Assembly: GCA_965262725.1 (NCBI GenBank)
Contig: OZ253555.1
Location: 2,951,838-3,015,837 of the forward strand
Source: Dehalococcoidia bacterium
GTDB taxonomy: Bacteria; Chloroflexota; Dehalococcoidia; UBA2979
DNA length: 64,000 nt
Reading direction: 5' to 3'
Shown here: piece after piece, positions 63,889 to 64,000 of the stretch
Layout: each line of letters opens with the position of its first letter
Numbering within the stretch: the first letter of the stretch is position 1
The notes under the pieces: model-generated
The model's database searches: none
Told to the model about the DNA's origin: nothing
The model's input: the letters and a program-made list of their open reading frames with translations, nothing else
Program-made: the position numbers and the translations under genes

Positions 63889-64000
63889 GCCGACCCCGGC
63901 GCGCGGTGCTCCGCCGACACACGAGAAGCGCCGGGCGGCGCGCCCGGCGTCAGGGCGAAACGTAGCGCGACGCCAGGGGGAACCGCCGGTCGCGGCCGAA

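Noticed and set aside
1-64000. tRNA, rRNA and CRISPR arrays
   Set aside because: No T-loop-like GGTTCGANTCC contexts with cloverleaf potential were seen, and no regularly spaced short direct repeats. This was a visual scan only.

Overview
This is a ~72% GC actinobacterial-type chromosomal segment with tightly packed genes, frequent 4-nt start/stop overlaps, and many GTG starts. No tRNA, rRNA or CRISPR arrays were seen.

The left third (1–15.4 kb) is housekeeping: a methionine-synthase-II-like and an isocitrate-lyase/PEP-mutase-family gene, pyrE, lepB, a class II aldolase, an ECF sigma / anti-sigma / SIMPL-lipoprotein module, a complete riboflavin operon (ribD-ribE-ribBA-ribH plus a conserved membrane protein), dinB, hemC preceded by an unusual HTH–Rossmann fusion gene, and a HAD hydrolase.

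A ~12.5 kb lower-GC accessory island (about 15.4–28.0 kb) follows. It holds an extra dnaN with its own promoter, a vapBC toxin–antitoxin pair, an IS5 remnant, a DUF4143-type AAA ATPase behind a perfect 29-bp AT-rich palindrome, an IS256 remnant, an intact IS21 (istAB), an IS630-family element, and an IS1182-like element. The IS630 element is invaded by a group II intron that itself carries a second, ORF-less group II intron inside its reverse-transcriptase gene (a twintron). The IS1182-like element sits exactly on the stop codon of coxM.

The right half holds a form II CO-dehydrogenase cluster (coxG-S-L-M), MFS transporters, trkH, a secreted SH3b/3D-domain protein, PPK2, and a large catabolic-looking block. 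That block contains a tandem CoA-transferase fusion, an LplA-like ligase, a luciferase-like monooxygenase, an acyl-CoA dehydrogenase, a GrdB-family selenoprotein candidate (in-frame UGA, U-x-x-C motif, SECIS-like hairpin 11 nt downstream), a triple-RidA fusion protein, two SDRs, a quinone oxidoreductase, an alpha/beta hydrolase, an amidase and an NHLP-like small protein. The window ends with folP, a DUF2520 Rossmann protein and a divergent sugar-kinase-like gene.

The most unusual items are the nested group II intron inside an IS, the candidate selenoprotein cluster with the triple-RidA fusion, the HTH–precorrin-2-dehydrogenase-like fusion upstream of hemC, two coding-looking ORFs that lack canonical start codons, and an 18-bp x5 tandem repeat.

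Coordinates derived from the ORF track are exact. Coordinates I counted by hand (repeats, IS ends, hairpins) may be off by a few nucleotides.
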